Shown here: piece by piece, positions 45,679-55,721 of the stretch | How positions within the stretch are numbered: the first letter of the stretch is position 1 | Layout: each line of letters opens with the position of its first letter | DNA from: an uncultured Candidatus Saccharibacteria bacterium | Lineage (GTDB): Bacteria; Patescibacteriota; Minisyncoccia; UBA6257; UBA11618 | Direction: 5' to 3' | Length of the DNA: 64,000 nucleotides | Assembly (NCBI GenBank): GCA_964432405.1 | Contig: CAYSNH010000001.1 | Coordinates: forward strand, 122,932-186,931 | The notes under the pieces: generated by a model | What the model was told of the DNA's origin: nothing | Database searches by the model: none | The model's input: the letters and a program-made list of their open reading frames with translations, nothing else | Position numbers and translations under genes: made by a program

Positions 45679-46680
45679 TCAGCCTTTGCTGGCGGTAGCT
45701 CCAAGACCGCCGGGTAGTCTTGATGGAGGAAAGACTTCCTCCATCATTTTTTTACTGACCTCACTTGTGTGAGCCTCAGCCTTGCTCTGGTTAAAAGTGT
45801 CAATCTCATTTTGAGCGCTCTTTCTGCCCAAGGTCGGATCCAGGTTGGGATGGAACTTCCTCCCATTTATGAGCTGAGCATTCTTTTGAAGATAGGCCGC
45901 TTTACGAGCTCTCCCCAAATGACCTTTGGTCATGTTGTCGCGAACCTCTCCAATCATCAGCTCGTCATCTCGGAAGTAGTAGAAATGGTGGCCATGGAAA
46001 GGATTGGCTACCAGCTTGTAACCGCGGTCAATAGGCTGTCGGCCAATCACAAACGATCCAGTAGTTGCTCTTTGCCCGTTGCGCAAAACAAACAGAGCAT
46101 CTTCAACATTTCTGTTGACACCAGTAGCGAGAAAGTTCTCATACTTGATGACAAAAGCTTCCACTGGTTGAAATCGAGGTGCTGTGTCCGGACAGAAACG
46201 GCATTGTTCCATTTCGCCATCAACATGAACTAGGAAGTCCAAGATTTCTTCATCAAGCTGCTCGACGCGAAGCTTGAGCTCGACAGATTCTTTTGAAGTT
46301 CCCATTTCAAGCAGCACTTCTTCAGGGGAGCGTCCTTTGAAAACGGTCTCCCGACAAACCACTTCATGTGGTTTGAAGTGCTTGTCTTCCTCGATTTTTT
46401 TAGCGACGACATCTTGTAGTCGATCGCTAAAAAATTCTCTGATGGGCTTTGTGTGCTGAACACAGTTAAGCCAAACAAAGTCGATGGGGCTCAAAAGAGT
46501 CCCCGGTCCACCAGCCAGCCAATTTCCCACGCGTCTGAGCTCATTGATTGGCAAGAAGCCTTTTCTGGCAGTACCAAACTCATCCAGCCTTTCGTTGTAC
46601 AAGACAAAAGCCTTCTCGGACAGGATACTTGGCCTGTCAATCAATAGATCTTTTTTTGAAGTTGTCGTCATGACAAACAC
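45679..46680 (-). CDS. Hypothetical protein of atypically high G+C, adjacent to tRNA-Ile
   Basis: 333 aa, with no family recognised by eye (…GHHFYYFRDDELMIGEVRDNMTKGH…). Its composition is clearly richer in G+C than flanking genes, and many overlapping spurious ORFs in other frames are consistent with that. Confidence 0.5.
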   Translation of the reverse strand: MFVMTTTSKKDLLIDRPSILSEKAFVLYNERLDEFGTARKGFLPINELRRVGNWLAGGPGTLLSPIDFVWLNCVQHTKPIREFFSDRLQDVVAKKIEEDKHFKPHEVVCRETVFKGRSPEEVLLEMGTSKESVELKLRVEQLDEEILDFLVHVDGEMEQCRFCPDTAPRFQPVEAFVIKYENFLATGVNRNVEDALFVLRNGQRATTGSFVIGRQPIDRGYKLVANPFHGHHFYYFRDDELMIGEVRDNMTKGHLGRARKAAYLQKNAQLINGRKFHPNLDPTLGRKSAQNEIDTFNQSKAEAHTSEVSKKMMEEVFPPSRLPGGLGATASKG

Positions 46681-46809
46681 TCTCCGTAATAAGGTGCTAA
46701 AAATTTTGGGCGGCTAAATTACAATAGCTCTAAAAACCCAATCAGAAACTATTTTACACCAAATTTTTTAAATGTCAAATAAAAACAGCCCTACAGGGCC
46801 ATTTAAATG

Positions 46810-46881
46810 TGGGCATGGGAAGGATCGAACTTCCGACCTCGTCTTTATCAGAGACGCGCTCTACCACTGAGCTACATGCCC
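46810..46881 (-). tRNA. tRNA-Ile (anticodon GAU)
   Basis: The minus strand reads GGGCATGTAGCTCAGTGGTAGAGCGCGTCTCTGATAAAGACGAGGTCGGAAGTTCGATCCTTCCCATGCCCA, a cloverleaf with anticodon loop CTGATAA. CCA is not encoded. Confidence 0.8.
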
Positions 46882-46902
46882 TAAATTAAACAAGCTAAAC
46901 AA

Positions 46903-47103
46903 CTATCGTTTTAGTTGCTTAGCTTTATCGAGGTTAAATTTAACAATTTCTTCTGATTTTGACAAGTCTCCTCCAAATGCCTTGCTAGCTCTATTAGCTA
47001 AAAATGACATCGATCGACTGACATAAAAAATTATTAATGCAAAAATAGTGATGCCAATTATCCAGAAGATCAACTCTTTTTTATTGTGAAAAAACTTTCC
47101 CAT
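46903..47103 (-). CDS. Small hypothetical membrane protein
   Basis: 66 aa with one TM. Confidence 0.3.
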   Translation of the reverse strand: MGKFFHNKKELIFWIIGITIFALIIFYVSRSMSFLANRASKAFGGDLSKSEEIVKFNLDKAKQLKR

Positions 47104-47602
47104 TGATTATTGATTTAAACTTTTTTTCATCTCCGACCAAGTTAAAGGAATCAAAGCTGACTACATAAGGACTTCTTTCAATACTACTAACAAAATTTAA
47201 CCAATTAACAAAAGGGGCGTCAGCAGTTATTGAGAAGCTGAGATAGCCAGGCTTAGTTTCTGAGCCTAAAACTTCTCTGCCAAAAGAAAACCCTACATCA
47301 ACATCATTTTTTTTAGCTAGTGAATTTATACTACGAGGAAAATCGATCAATTTATCTGATATTGGTAGAGTCGTAATTAAAGATAATTTTTCAACGCGCG
47401 CCTTTTCAGAATCTTTCTGTAAAGAAGCTAAAGAATCAATAGCCTTATAACGAAGAGCTACTTTATTTTTTAATTCAACTACCTTAGCAGTTCTTCTATT
47501 TATGTCGGCACGCAATAAAGCAATTAAAATTAACAAGACTACTACAACCGCTGCTATAACACTTAAATTAACAGTCATTACTCTTTTGAAGTCTTTTGGC
47601 AT
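47081..47602 (-). CDS. Hypothetical bitopic membrane protein (PilO/PilN-like topology, unverified)
   Basis: 173 aa; an N-terminal TM, a coiled coil, then a C-terminal alpha/beta domain. Confidence 0.35.
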   Translation of the reverse strand: MPKDFKRVMTVNLSVIAAVVVVLLILIALLRADINRRTAKVVELKNKVALRYKAIDSLASLQKDSEKARVEKLSLITTLPISDKLIDFPRSINSLAKKNDVDVGFSFGREVLGSETKPGYLSFSITADAPFVNWLNFVSSIERSPYVVSFDSFNLVGDEKKFKSIINGKVFSQ

Positions 47603-47621
47603 AAGATTATTATAACACTAT

Positions 47622-48287
47622 ATGACAGCAAATGAGATTACTTATTTAAAACAATCAGATTCGAATTTTCCTCAATCATTAAGAGAGATTTCTTCTTGTC
47701 CAGGTATTTTGTATTTTAAAGGCAATAAAGATTTGTTTAATTATAAAAAAAAGATTGCCATTGTTGGGACTCGTAAGGCGTCTAAAGCTGGCCAAGCTAT
47801 TGCTAGTCAATTAGCTAAAGACTTATCTCAGCAAGATGTTGTTGTTGTAAGTGGGCTTGCTTCAGGAATTGATAGAGCGGCTCATGAAGGTTGTTTAAAA
47901 GGTGTTGCCAAGACAATTGCCGTTCTTGGTCACGGCCTTCACTTAATTTATCCTGATGAGAATAAGGAGTTGGCTTTTCAAATAATACGCAATGATGGGC
48001 TGATAATATCAGAGTATCAGTCTGGGCATGCTATAGCTCCTCATCAATTTTTAGAGAGGAATCGTTTAATTAGCGGGCTTTGTCAGGGTATAATAATTAT
48101 CGAAGCTCCTAAGCGCTCTGGCGCACTCAATACCGCTAATCATGCCTTAGAGCAAAATAGAGACGTCTTCGTTGTTCCTGGCTCAATTCTTGATGCTAAT
48201 TATACTGGTTCTAATAATCTGATTAAGCAGGGCGCTTATCCAATTACCTCTGCGCAAGATGTTTTAGATGCCATGAATTTTAAATAA
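47622..48287 (+). CDS. dprA: DNA processing protein DprA (Smf), short form
   Basis: 221 aa; KIAIVGTRKAS…VVVSGLASGIDRAAHEG…, a Rossmann-fold DprA core. Confidence 0.85.
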   Translation: MTANEITYLKQSDSNFPQSLREISSCPGILYFKGNKDLFNYKKKIAIVGTRKASKAGQAIASQLAKDLSQQDVVVVSGLASGIDRAAHEGCLKGVAKTIAVLGHGLHLIYPDENKELAFQIIRNDGLIISEYQSGHAIAPHQFLERNRLISGLCQGIIIIEAPKRSGALNTANHALEQNRDVFVVPGSILDANYTGSNNLIKQGAYPITSAQDVLDAMNFK

Positions 48288-48349
48288 AATAATTGACAAG
48301 TTATTATAAATACATAAAACTTGAATCTTTGTAACAAAATATTTCAAAT

Positions 48350-50332
48350 ATGAGTAAATTAATTATTGTTGAGAGCCCAACTAAAGCCAAAACTATAAGC
48401 AAGTTTTTAGGAAAAGATTATCAATTAGAATCATCTTTTGGTCATATTCGCGACCTACCTAAAAGCACCTTAGGTATTGATGTTGAGCACAACTTCGAAC
48501 CAAAGTATCTAGTGCCTGTTAAAGCCAAGAAGGTGGTCAAGCATTTAAAAGAGTTAGCCAAAAAAAGCGATGGTGTTATTTTAGCTACTGATGAGGACAG
48601 AGAGGGAGAAGCTATCGCTTGGCATCTTGCTGAGGCATTAGGTCTAAAAGGAGAGGAGGTAGAACGTATCGTTTTTCATGAAATTACCAAAAAAGCTATC
48701 GAGGATGCTCTTTCGCAGCCGCGTCGAATAGATGTCGACAAAGTGGATGCTCAACAAGCTCGCCGAGCTTTAGATAGGATTGTGGGATACAAGCTCTCCC
48801 CCTTTCTTTGGAAGAAGGTAGCTCGTCGTCTTTCCGCTGGTCGTGTTCAGTCGGTGGCTTTGCGCTTGATTGTTGAGCGTGAAGAAGAAATAAGAAAGTT
48901 TAAGCCAGAGGAATACTGGAGTATCAATGCTTTATTAAATAAGGATAAGGATTTTGAAGCTAGCTTAGTTAAAATAGATGGCAAAGCGCTTGATAAGTTT
49001 GATGTTAATGAAAATAAAAGCGCTGATAAAATAAAGAAGGAATTAGAAAAAGAAAAATTTGTTATCAGTAAGGTTGAGAGCAAGGAGACTAAGAGAAATC
49101 CCTCTCCTCCTTTCATTACTAGTACTCTCCAGAGAGCGGCTTCTAGTCGCTTAGGTTTTACAGCTAAGAAAACTATGTTCGTGGCACAGAAGCTCTATGA
49201 GAAGGGTCACATTACTTACATGCGTACTGACTCAGTTAATCTTTCTCAAGAGTCAACTGTTGCTGCAAAGCAGTATTTATTAGAAAAATTTGGTAAAGAG
49301 TATGCCTCACAAGCACCGCGCGTCTTTAAGAAGAAAGCCAAAGCAGCTCAAGAAGCTCATGAGGCAATACGACCAACTAATATTGTTAATGATCCCGAGT
49401 CAATTAAATTAGCCGGTGACGAAAAGAAGGTCTATCGAATAATCTGGCAAAGATTTGTTGGCTCTCAAATGCCACAAGCTATTTTTGCTAGCACTACCGT
49501 TGAGATAGAGGCTGGTAAGTACGGTCTTAGAACTACTGGCAGCACTTTGCAGTTTGATGGTTTCTTAAAAGTTTGGCCTCAAAAATTTGAGGAAAGAGAT
49601 CTACCACTTCTTAAAGAAAAAGATAAGTTAGTTTTGAAAAAGATTGATGCCGATCAGCATTTCACAGAGCCTCCTCCTCGATATAATGAGGCCAGCTTGG
49701 TAAAAACTTTAGAAGAGCATGGTATTGGAAGGCCTTCAACTTATGCGCCAATCATTTCTGTTATTCAGGAGCGTAACTATGTTGAAAAGGAAAATCGTCG
49801 TTTTACTCCTACTCAAATAGGAGAGCTCGTTAATAAAATGTTAGTTAACCACTTCCCTCGTATTGTGGATATTGATTTTACCGCTAACATGGAAGATAAT
49901 TTAGACGATGTCGCTGAGGGGAAAAAGGATTGGCATAAGATCATCGCTACCTTTTACAAGCCCTTTATTAAAAATTTAGAAATTAAATACGAAGAAGTGA
50001 AAAGCGAAAAACCAGAACCAGAAAAAACTGACGAGGTCTGTGACAAGTGTAGTAAGCCAATGGTTATCCGCGCAGGTCGCTATGGTAAGTTCATGGCCTG
50101 CTCAGGATTTCCTGACTGTAAGAATACTAAAAAAGTCGAGGGAGATGATTCAGGACCTCAATCAACCGGGTTAAAATGTCCGGATTGCAAAGAGGGTGAT
50201 GTTATTCAACGCTTTACTAGAAAGGGTAAGCGAAAATTCTGGGGTTGTTCTAAATATCCAGAATGTGAATATGCTACCTGGGAAGATCCGACTCAGGAAA
50301 AGAAAGAAAAAGAAGATAAAAAAGACGCTTAA
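48350..50332 (+). CDS. topA: DNA topoisomerase I
   Basis: 660 aa; the TOPRIM N-terminus MSKLIIVESPTKAKTI, the active-site Tyr region, and C-terminal C4 zinc ribbons. Confidence 0.95.
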   Translation: MSKLIIVESPTKAKTISKFLGKDYQLESSFGHIRDLPKSTLGIDVEHNFEPKYLVPVKAKKVVKHLKELAKKSDGVILATDEDREGEAIAWHLAEALGLKGEEVERIVFHEITKKAIEDALSQPRRIDVDKVDAQQARRALDRIVGYKLSPFLWKKVARRLSAGRVQSVALRLIVEREEEIRKFKPEEYWSINALLNKDKDFEASLVKIDGKALDKFDVNENKSADKIKKELEKEKFVISKVESKETKRNPSPPFITSTLQRAASSRLGFTAKKTMFVAQKLYEKGHITYMRTDSVNLSQESTVAAKQYLLEKFGKEYASQAPRVFKKKAKAAQEAHEAIRPTNIVNDPESIKLAGDEKKVYRIIWQRFVGSQMPQAIFASTTVEIEAGKYGLRTTGSTLQFDGFLKVWPQKFEERDLPLLKEKDKLVLKKIDADQHFTEPPPRYNEASLVKTLEEHGIGRPSTYAPIISVIQERNYVEKENRRFTPTQIGELVNKMLVNHFPRIVDIDFTANMEDNLDDVAEGKKDWHKIIATFYKPFIKNLEIKYEEVKSEKPEPEKTDEVCDKCSKPMVIRAGRYGKFMACSGFPDCKNTKKVEGDDSGPQSTGLKCPDCKEGDVIQRFTRKGKRKFWGCSKYPECEYATWEDPTQEKKEKEDKKDA

Positions 50333-50349
50333 GAGAAAGCGTCTTTTTT
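50322..50349 (+). terminator. Rho-independent terminator of topA
   Basis: Hairpin AAGACGCTT-aagaga-AAGCGTCTT followed by TTTT. Confidence 0.6.
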
Positions 50350-50362
50350 AATCCATTAACTA

Positions 50363-51391
50363 TTAATTACTCATCGCATCAACCGCTTGTAAGAAGCCTT
50401 TGTAGGTAGTAGAGATTATTAGATAGTCATCAATAAGTCCGTAGTTAAATGAAGCTATCGTTCCGCTACCAAAGGAAGAGTAGCGACTGGTATTGTTATC
50501 TCCTACCGGGCCAGTTTTAAAGTCGCTAGGATCAGTGGCTGGCGGAGTTAGAAAAACATTTTTAATAGAAGCTCCCTCGATTTCTTCTAATATTTTTTTC
50601 ATACTAACATAGTCATAATCAGCTGTTTCTGGACTTCTAAGTCGCACGATATATCCAGGCCATGTTCCGTAACCCAACTTTGAAGTGTTGTAATAAAGGA
50701 AACTGGTAAAGTCTTTTTCGAAAGAATTCTTTAGCATGTTTCCAGCATCAGAGTCTTTAAGCTCTGGTAGCAAGGTAGTTAAAAAGTCATGACTGTTAGC
50801 TGGATTGCCTCCAATAGAGAAAGTCACCTCTTTTAATCCCTCTCCTTCATTATTTGCTAGAACATTACTTCCTTCATTTTGTAAGGTGGTTAAGATAGCT
50901 ATTAAGTTATAATCACTAACACTAAGAGAGCTAATATTGTCAGCTGAATTACCAAAAGCTGATACGTGAGTTATGGCTGGAACGATAGGCTCTTCTACTG
51001 TCGTGTCTGTATCAGACTCTTCTACAGCAGTCTCTTCAGGAAATAGAAGTGGGCCAGCATATTTATAGCCAAGTAGGGCTACGCCAATTATTAAAACTAT
51101 TACCAATAACCAGACTAACCATCGTCGAGCACCTCCTTTGGCTTCCATCTCTACCACCCCTGGCGAACTGTATTCATTAGGAGAAGTTGTTTCTGGGGGA
51201 GTGATAGGCCCACCCATATCATCAATCTCAGAGGGCTTAATAATCTCTGGCTCAGGCATACCACCACCAGTTTCTTCGACTGATTTTACATCAGACTCTA
51301 AAGACCTCATTTTTATCTCGGGTTGAGGTGGTGGAGGCGGACCACCTTGTGAAGAATCTTGTAAAGGATTCTTTTCTTGTTCTCCGTTCAT
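50363..51391 (-). CDS. Hypothetical bitopic membrane protein with Pro-rich N-terminal region
   Basis: 342 aa; PPPPPQP near the N-terminus and a TM at WLVWLLVIVLIIGVALLGY. Confidence 0.4.
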   Translation of the reverse strand: MNGEQEKNPLQDSSQGGPPPPPQPEIKMRSLESDVKSVEETGGGMPEPEIIKPSEIDDMGGPITPPETTSPNEYSSPGVVEMEAKGGARRWLVWLLVIVLIIGVALLGYKYAGPLLFPEETAVEESDTDTTVEEPIVPAITHVSAFGNSADNISSLSVSDYNLIAILTTLQNEGSNVLANNEGEGLKEVTFSIGGNPANSHDFLTTLLPELKDSDAGNMLKNSFEKDFTSFLYYNTSKLGYGTWPGYIVRLRSPETADYDYVSMKKILEEIEGASIKNVFLTPPATDPSDFKTGPVGDNNTSRYSSFGSGTIASFNYGLIDDYLIISTTYKGFLQAVDAMSN

Positions 51392-51436
51392 GTTGTTTAT
51401 TGTAGCACAATAAACAACTAGTCAATGTGGATATTA

Positions 51437-53527
51437 TTACACCCCTTTTAGAGAAAGACTGATCTTGCCGCGTTCTGTTTTAATGATTTTAGCTCTTACA
51501 GACTCACCTTCTTTAACAACGTCTTCTACTTTTTTAACAAAGCCGTCTTTTAACTCAGAAACATGAATCATTCCATCAGAGTTATAGCCAAATTCAACGA
51601 TCGCTCCAAATTCTAGGATCTTAACGATCTTTCCTTCAACAATCTCCCCTACTTTATAGTCATGGGTTATATCCTCAACGATTTTTTTAGCCTCCTCTGC
51701 TGCTTCAGCGGTACCAGCAGTTATATAAATTTCACCACTTTGGTCAATATCAATACTAGTAACTCCAGTATCTTCAACAATTTTATTGATCATCTTTCCT
51801 CCAGAGCCAACAACAGCACCGATTTTATCAGGATCTATTTTAGTAATAGTAATAGTTGGCGCGTATTTAGAGATTTCTTTACGAGGCTCTTTAATAGCTT
51901 TGTTTAGAGCATCTAATATATGAAGACGCGCTTTCTTAGCTTGTTCAAGAGTGTCTTTAATGATTTCAGAAGTTATGCCATCAACTTTTACATCTAATTG
52001 AACAGCGGTTACGCCATCTTTAGTACCAGCTACCTTAAAGTCCATGCCACCATGATGATCTTCCGGTCCCTGAATATCAGTTAAGACTTTATAGACGCCT
52101 TTTTCATTAATAGCTAGTCCCATCGCAATACCAGCTACTTGGTTTTTGATTGGTACTCCAGCATCCATTAAGGACATTGATGATGCACACACAGAAGCCA
52201 TTGAAGAAGATCCATTAGAAGAAAGGATTTCTGACACTAATCGAATAGTATAAGGAAATTCTGACTGATCAGGAATAATATTTTTCAAAGCTTTCTCTGC
52301 TAAAGCGCCATGACCAATTTCTCTTCTTCCAGGACCACGCATCCAACCGGTTTCGCCAGTGGAGTAAGGTGGAAAGTTGTAGTGAAGGAAGAAGTGCTTT
52401 TTGCCTTGAAATTCCATGCTTTCAATTTGTTGAGATTCACTTGGTGCTGCTAGAGTAGTGACCCCTAATGATTGAGTGCTGCCTCGAGCAAACAAAGCTG
52501 AACCATGATGTCTCTCAAATAATCCAACTTCAGAGTATAGATCTCTTACCTCATCAATTTTTCTACCGTCAGGTCGTTTGTCATTTTCAACAATATTTTT
52601 GTGAAAGAGATTATTCAAAGCTTCTTCAAAAATATTACCAGCAAAAGCAACGTCCTTTTCTTCGTGATCCTCACCCTCTAACATGTCGGTCATTTCTTTA
52701 TGAAGAGCAGACAAATTATCTTTACTTTTGTCTTTATCAGCTACATACATAGCTTTTTCTAACTTACCCTCTAGAAAGCTTTCCACTTTTTTAACTAGCT
52801 CAGGATCAGGTTGGCTTATTTCAACATCAGCCTTTTCTTTACCAATCTCTTTAACTACACTTTCCTGGAATTTAATTAATTTATTGATTTCTTTCTGACC
52901 TAGATCAAAAGCTTTTTGAATTTCATCTTCTTGAACTTGCTTCCCCTCTAACTCAATCATGTTGATAGTGTTTTTAGGGCCAGTCACAACACACTCTAGA
53001 TCAAATCCTTCAGCTAGTTGTGAGATGGTTGGGTTAGCCACATATTTATCACCAATCTTAGCTACACGAATTCCACCAATAGGACCTTTCCAAGGGATGT
53101 CTGAGATAGCTAAAGCCACGGAGGTGGTAGCTAGTGCTACAAAATCCGGATCATTCTCTCCATCAAAAGATAGGATAGTGACAATAATCTGCATATCTCG
53201 ACGAATGTTGTTATCAAATAAAGGACGAATGGTTCTATCAATCATTCGGCCAGTCAAAGTAGCTTCATCAGAAGACTTTCCTTCTCTACGCATGTAGCGA
53301 CTACCAAGAATCTTACCGGTAGCATAAAACTTCTCTTCATAATCAACGACTAATGGCATGTAGTTGATATCTTTATCTCGATTACTCATTACCGCTGTTA
53401 CCAAAACAGTGGTTCCACCATACTTACCAATCACTGCTGCATTAGCTTGCTCGGCTAGCCGAGATACTTCAAAAGTTAGGGGCTTACCCGCTACATCAAT
53501 GGAAAATTGCTTTCTGTTTAATTTCAT
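51437..53527 (-). CDS. pnp: Polynucleotide phosphorylase
   Basis: 696 aa with two RNase PH domains, a KH domain and a C-terminal S1 domain (…GEIVEGKIVKILEFGAIVEF…). Confidence 0.95.
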   Translation of the reverse strand: MKLNRKQFSIDVAGKPLTFEVSRLAEQANAAVIGKYGGTTVLVTAVMSNRDKDINYMPLVVDYEEKFYATGKILGSRYMRREGKSSDEATLTGRMIDRTIRPLFDNNIRRDMQIIVTILSFDGENDPDFVALATTSVALAISDIPWKGPIGGIRVAKIGDKYVANPTISQLAEGFDLECVVTGPKNTINMIELEGKQVQEDEIQKAFDLGQKEINKLIKFQESVVKEIGKEKADVEISQPDPELVKKVESFLEGKLEKAMYVADKDKSKDNLSALHKEMTDMLEGEDHEEKDVAFAGNIFEEALNNLFHKNIVENDKRPDGRKIDEVRDLYSEVGLFERHHGSALFARGSTQSLGVTTLAAPSESQQIESMEFQGKKHFFLHYNFPPYSTGETGWMRGPGRREIGHGALAEKALKNIIPDQSEFPYTIRLVSEILSSNGSSSMASVCASSMSLMDAGVPIKNQVAGIAMGLAINEKGVYKVLTDIQGPEDHHGGMDFKVAGTKDGVTAVQLDVKVDGITSEIIKDTLEQAKKARLHILDALNKAIKEPRKEISKYAPTITITKIDPDKIGAVVGSGGKMINKIVEDTGVTSIDIDQSGEIYITAGTAEAAEEAKKIVEDITHDYKVGEIVEGKIVKILEFGAIVEFGYNSDGMIHVSELKDGFVKKVEDVVKEGESVRAKIIKTERGKISLSLKGV

Positions 53528-53528
53528 C

Positions 53529-54071
53529 TTACTTTTTATTTGTTCTAGTTTTAGTTATTCTACCAATCTTCTTTTTCAAAATCATTTTAGGATTATTGTC
53601 TAAATCAATAAACTCCTCAGCCGCCTCCTTTAAACGACCAGAGGAGCTTCTACCAAACGCAGCCACTTCAACTCCTTTGCCTAATCCCCATTTGAGATAA
53701 TCAACTAAAGGAACAAAATCACCATCTCCAGTCACCAGGACGATTACATCCAGAGAATCAGCCATTCTAACAGCATCGACAGCCATACCAACATCCCAGT
53801 CGGCTTTTTTCATGCCACCAGGAAAGATTTGAATGTCTTTCATTCTTAATTCAATGCCACTTTTTTCTAAGGCATCAAAAAAAGAAGATTCACCGACAGT
53901 ACTTTCTGTCTTGACTACATACCCGATTGATCTAATTAATCTTCGGCCAGCAACCAACTCTTTCATTAGCTCTTTATAGTTAACACGAGCCTGAAAAAGA
54001 TTTTTAGATGAGTGGTATAAATTTTGAATATCAATAAAAATACCCACTCTCTGCTCTTTGTTTTTAATCAT
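53529..54071 (-). CDS. NYN-domain (LabA-like, PIN-related) protein
   Basis: 180 aa; VGIFIDIQNLY…DVIVLVTGDGDF is the NYN signature. Confidence 0.75.
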   Translation of the reverse strand: MIKNKEQRVGIFIDIQNLYHSSKNLFQARVNYKELMKELVAGRRLIRSIGYVVKTESTVGESSFFDALEKSGIELRMKDIQIFPGGMKKADWDVGMAVDAVRMADSLDVIVLVTGDGDFVPLVDYLKWGLGKGVEVAAFGRSSSGRLKEAAEEFIDLDNNPKMILKKKIGRITKTRTNKK

Positions 54072-54073
54072 TA

Positions 54074-54334
54074 TTATAAACCTAACTTCTTCACTAGAGA
54101 GCTGTGAGTTTTGCTATCTGTTCTTGCTAGATAGCGGAGTAAACGACGACGTTTACCAACCATTTTTAACAAACCTCTTCGAGAGTGAACGTCTTTAGGA
54201 TGTTTTTTCAAATGAGATACTAATTCTTCGATTTGTTTAGTTAATAAGCTAATTTGAATTTTAGCTGAACCAGTATCACTTTCATGAGCACCGTGTTCTT
54301 TTATAATATTTTTCTTTTTACGTGGTGTAAGCAT
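54074..54334 (-). CDS. rpsO: 30S ribosomal protein S15
   Basis: 86 aa; …[53 protein letters not shown]…. Confidence 0.9.
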   Translation of the reverse strand: MLTPRKKKNIIKEHGAHESDTGSAKIQISLLTKQIEELVSHLKKHPKDVHSRRGLLKMVGKRRRLLRYLARTDSKTHSSLVKKLGL

Positions 54335-54338
54335 TTTT

Positions 54339-55433
54339 TTATTTTTTTAATTTAAGAAAAATTCTTTTCTCTTCAGGTTTTATTAATTCAATAGTGAAAT
54401 TATATTCTTCGTCGACTTTTAATTGATTTTTCATTTCTTCAACTCCTCCAAATTCAGAAACATGAATAAGTCCCTGAATATTTTGGTCTAAGCTAATAAA
54501 GGCGCCAAATGGATTAAAGCGGTTAACCTTACCACTCACATCCTGACCTACCTCATAAGTCTTTTCTACTTCATCCCAAGGATTTTCTTTTAGAGCCTTG
54601 AGAGAAAGAGATACACGACCATCTTTAATCTCAACAATCTTTGCCTTTACTAAATCATTAATCTTGATAATCTCTTTTGGATTTTCAATTAAGCGGTGAT
54701 CAAGCTCAGAAATATGTATCAATCCCTCAATATCTGGATCATTAGCAAACTTCATGAAAACTCCGAAGTCAGCTACACCGGTAATAATGCCATCGATGAC
54801 ATCCCCTTCTTTATAGCTTACTAACTTCGCTTTTATATTTTCTGTTGTAAGGGCTTTTTCAGAGATGATCAGCTTGTTAGCTCTAGAATTAACATCAATC
54901 ACCTTAACTTTTAAGGTCTCACCAACAAGCTTCTCTAGCTCTTCTTGAATTTTTGATCGATCACCATCATTAATCTGAGGATAGTTATCGACACTTAATT
55001 GAGAAACTGGCAAAAAGGCCTTTAAATTATTAATATCTCCTACCAATCCACCAGAGTTAGCCATATTCATTTTTATCTCAATAGTTTCTTCACTATCTTT
55101 AAGCTCTTTCATCTCCTCCCAGGCTTTTTGCTTGTGAGTTTCTTTAAGAGATAGCTCAGCATAGCCTTCATCGTTCTCTACTTCTATGACCTTGGCTAAA
55201 GTAGTACCTCCTTTAGAGAGCTCTTTGATAGTGTCTTGGGCGTTAATAAGCTCTAGACCATAGATGATTCCAGTGCCACGACGACCAAGGTCAAAAAAAG
55301 CGGCCTTATTAGTTTTGCCAATATAAGTTGCTTCTACCAACTCATTTTGTTTCAAAACAGCAATAGCTGCCGGGTCATTTTTTAAAATGTTAGCCAGTGG
55401 AGACCTGGCTTTTTTAGAAATATTAATTGACAT
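54339..55433 (-). CDS. rpsA: 30S ribosomal protein S1 (short, multi-S1-domain)
   Basis: Repeated S1 motifs (e.g. [20 protein letters not shown]). The start probably lies at the internal Met (MSINISKK…, ATG at 55433) rather than the ORF-track start at 55484. Confidence 0.8.
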   Translation of the reverse strand: MSINISKKARSPLANILKNDPAAIAVLKQNELVEATYIGKTNKAAFFDLGRRGTGIIYGLELINAQDTIKELSKGGTTLAKVIEVENDEGYAELSLKETHKQKAWEEMKELKDSEETIEIKMNMANSGGLVGDINNLKAFLPVSQLSVDNYPQINDGDRSKIQEELEKLVGETLKVKVIDVNSRANKLIISEKALTTENIKAKLVSYKEGDVIDGIITGVADFGVFMKFANDPDIEGLIHISELDHRLIENPKEIIKINDLVKAKIVEIKDGRVSLSLKALKENPWDEVEKTYEVGQDVSGKVNRFNPFGAFISLDQNIQGLIHVSEFGGVEEMKNQLKVDEEYNFTIELIKPEEKRIFLKLKK

Positions 55434-55499
55434 AATAATCAGAAAATATATCAAAACTATAGTGGTTTTATTTAAAAAAAGCAAGCTTTATTTAATAAG

Positions 55500-55526
55500 A
55501 TAAAAGAAAAGACCCGTTTCCGGGTC
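55500..55526 (-). terminator. Rho-independent terminator (minus strand) ending the G+C-rich element upstream of rpsA
   Basis: On the minus strand, GACCCGGAAACGGGTC is followed by TTTTCTTTT. Confidence 0.55.
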
Positions 55527-55532
55527 CTTGAA

Positions 55533-55721
55533 TTAATAATCTTCAGTATGACCAATAGCGCTTGAGGGCATGCTAAGGGTTGGGATTATGGGCACAACCC
55601 AAGGTTTTGTGCCTTGATCAACGCACGCTCTTCGAGCCTCTTCTCTAGCTGTCCAACTGGCCCTAATTTTTAAGCATGCAGCGTGAATTTCTTCTGGTGT
55701 TGGTGATGGCCTCTCTGTCAT
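55533..55721 (-). CDS. Small G+C-rich ORF (62 aa) or structured RNA, unknown function
   Basis: ATG at 55721 with an upstream AAAGGA RBS (7-nt spacing); MTERPSPTPEEIHAACLKIRASWTAREEARRACVDQGTKPWVVPIIPTLSMPSSAIGHTEDY*. The region contains internal inverted repeats (GCATGCTAA/TTAAGCATGC, GGCACAA/TTGTGCC), so an ncRNA is an alternative. Confidence 0.3.
   Translation of the reverse strand: MTERPSPTPEEIHAACLKIRASWTAREEARRACVDQGTKPWVVPIIPTLSMPSSAIGHTEDY

Noticed and set aside
45462-46717. Cluster of overlapping ORFs on both strands (45462..45698, 45769..46233, 46230..46478, 46274..46459, 46453..46647, 46484..46717)
   Set aside because: These are a by-product of the elevated G+C of the 333-aa gene (fewer stop codons in all frames). 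Only the long minus-strand ORF has a terminator and sensible boundaries.
55550-55700. Idea that the G+C-rich patch upstream of rpsA, or the 20612..20751 palindrome, is the SRP (4.5S) RNA or RNase P RNA
   Set aside because: I could not find the conserved SRP domain IV motif (GGAA tetraloop with AGCAGCCAAGGCAG context) or RNase P P4/GGAAAGUCCGG motifs on either strand. The lengths also do not fit RNase P. Left as unassigned structured-RNA candidates.
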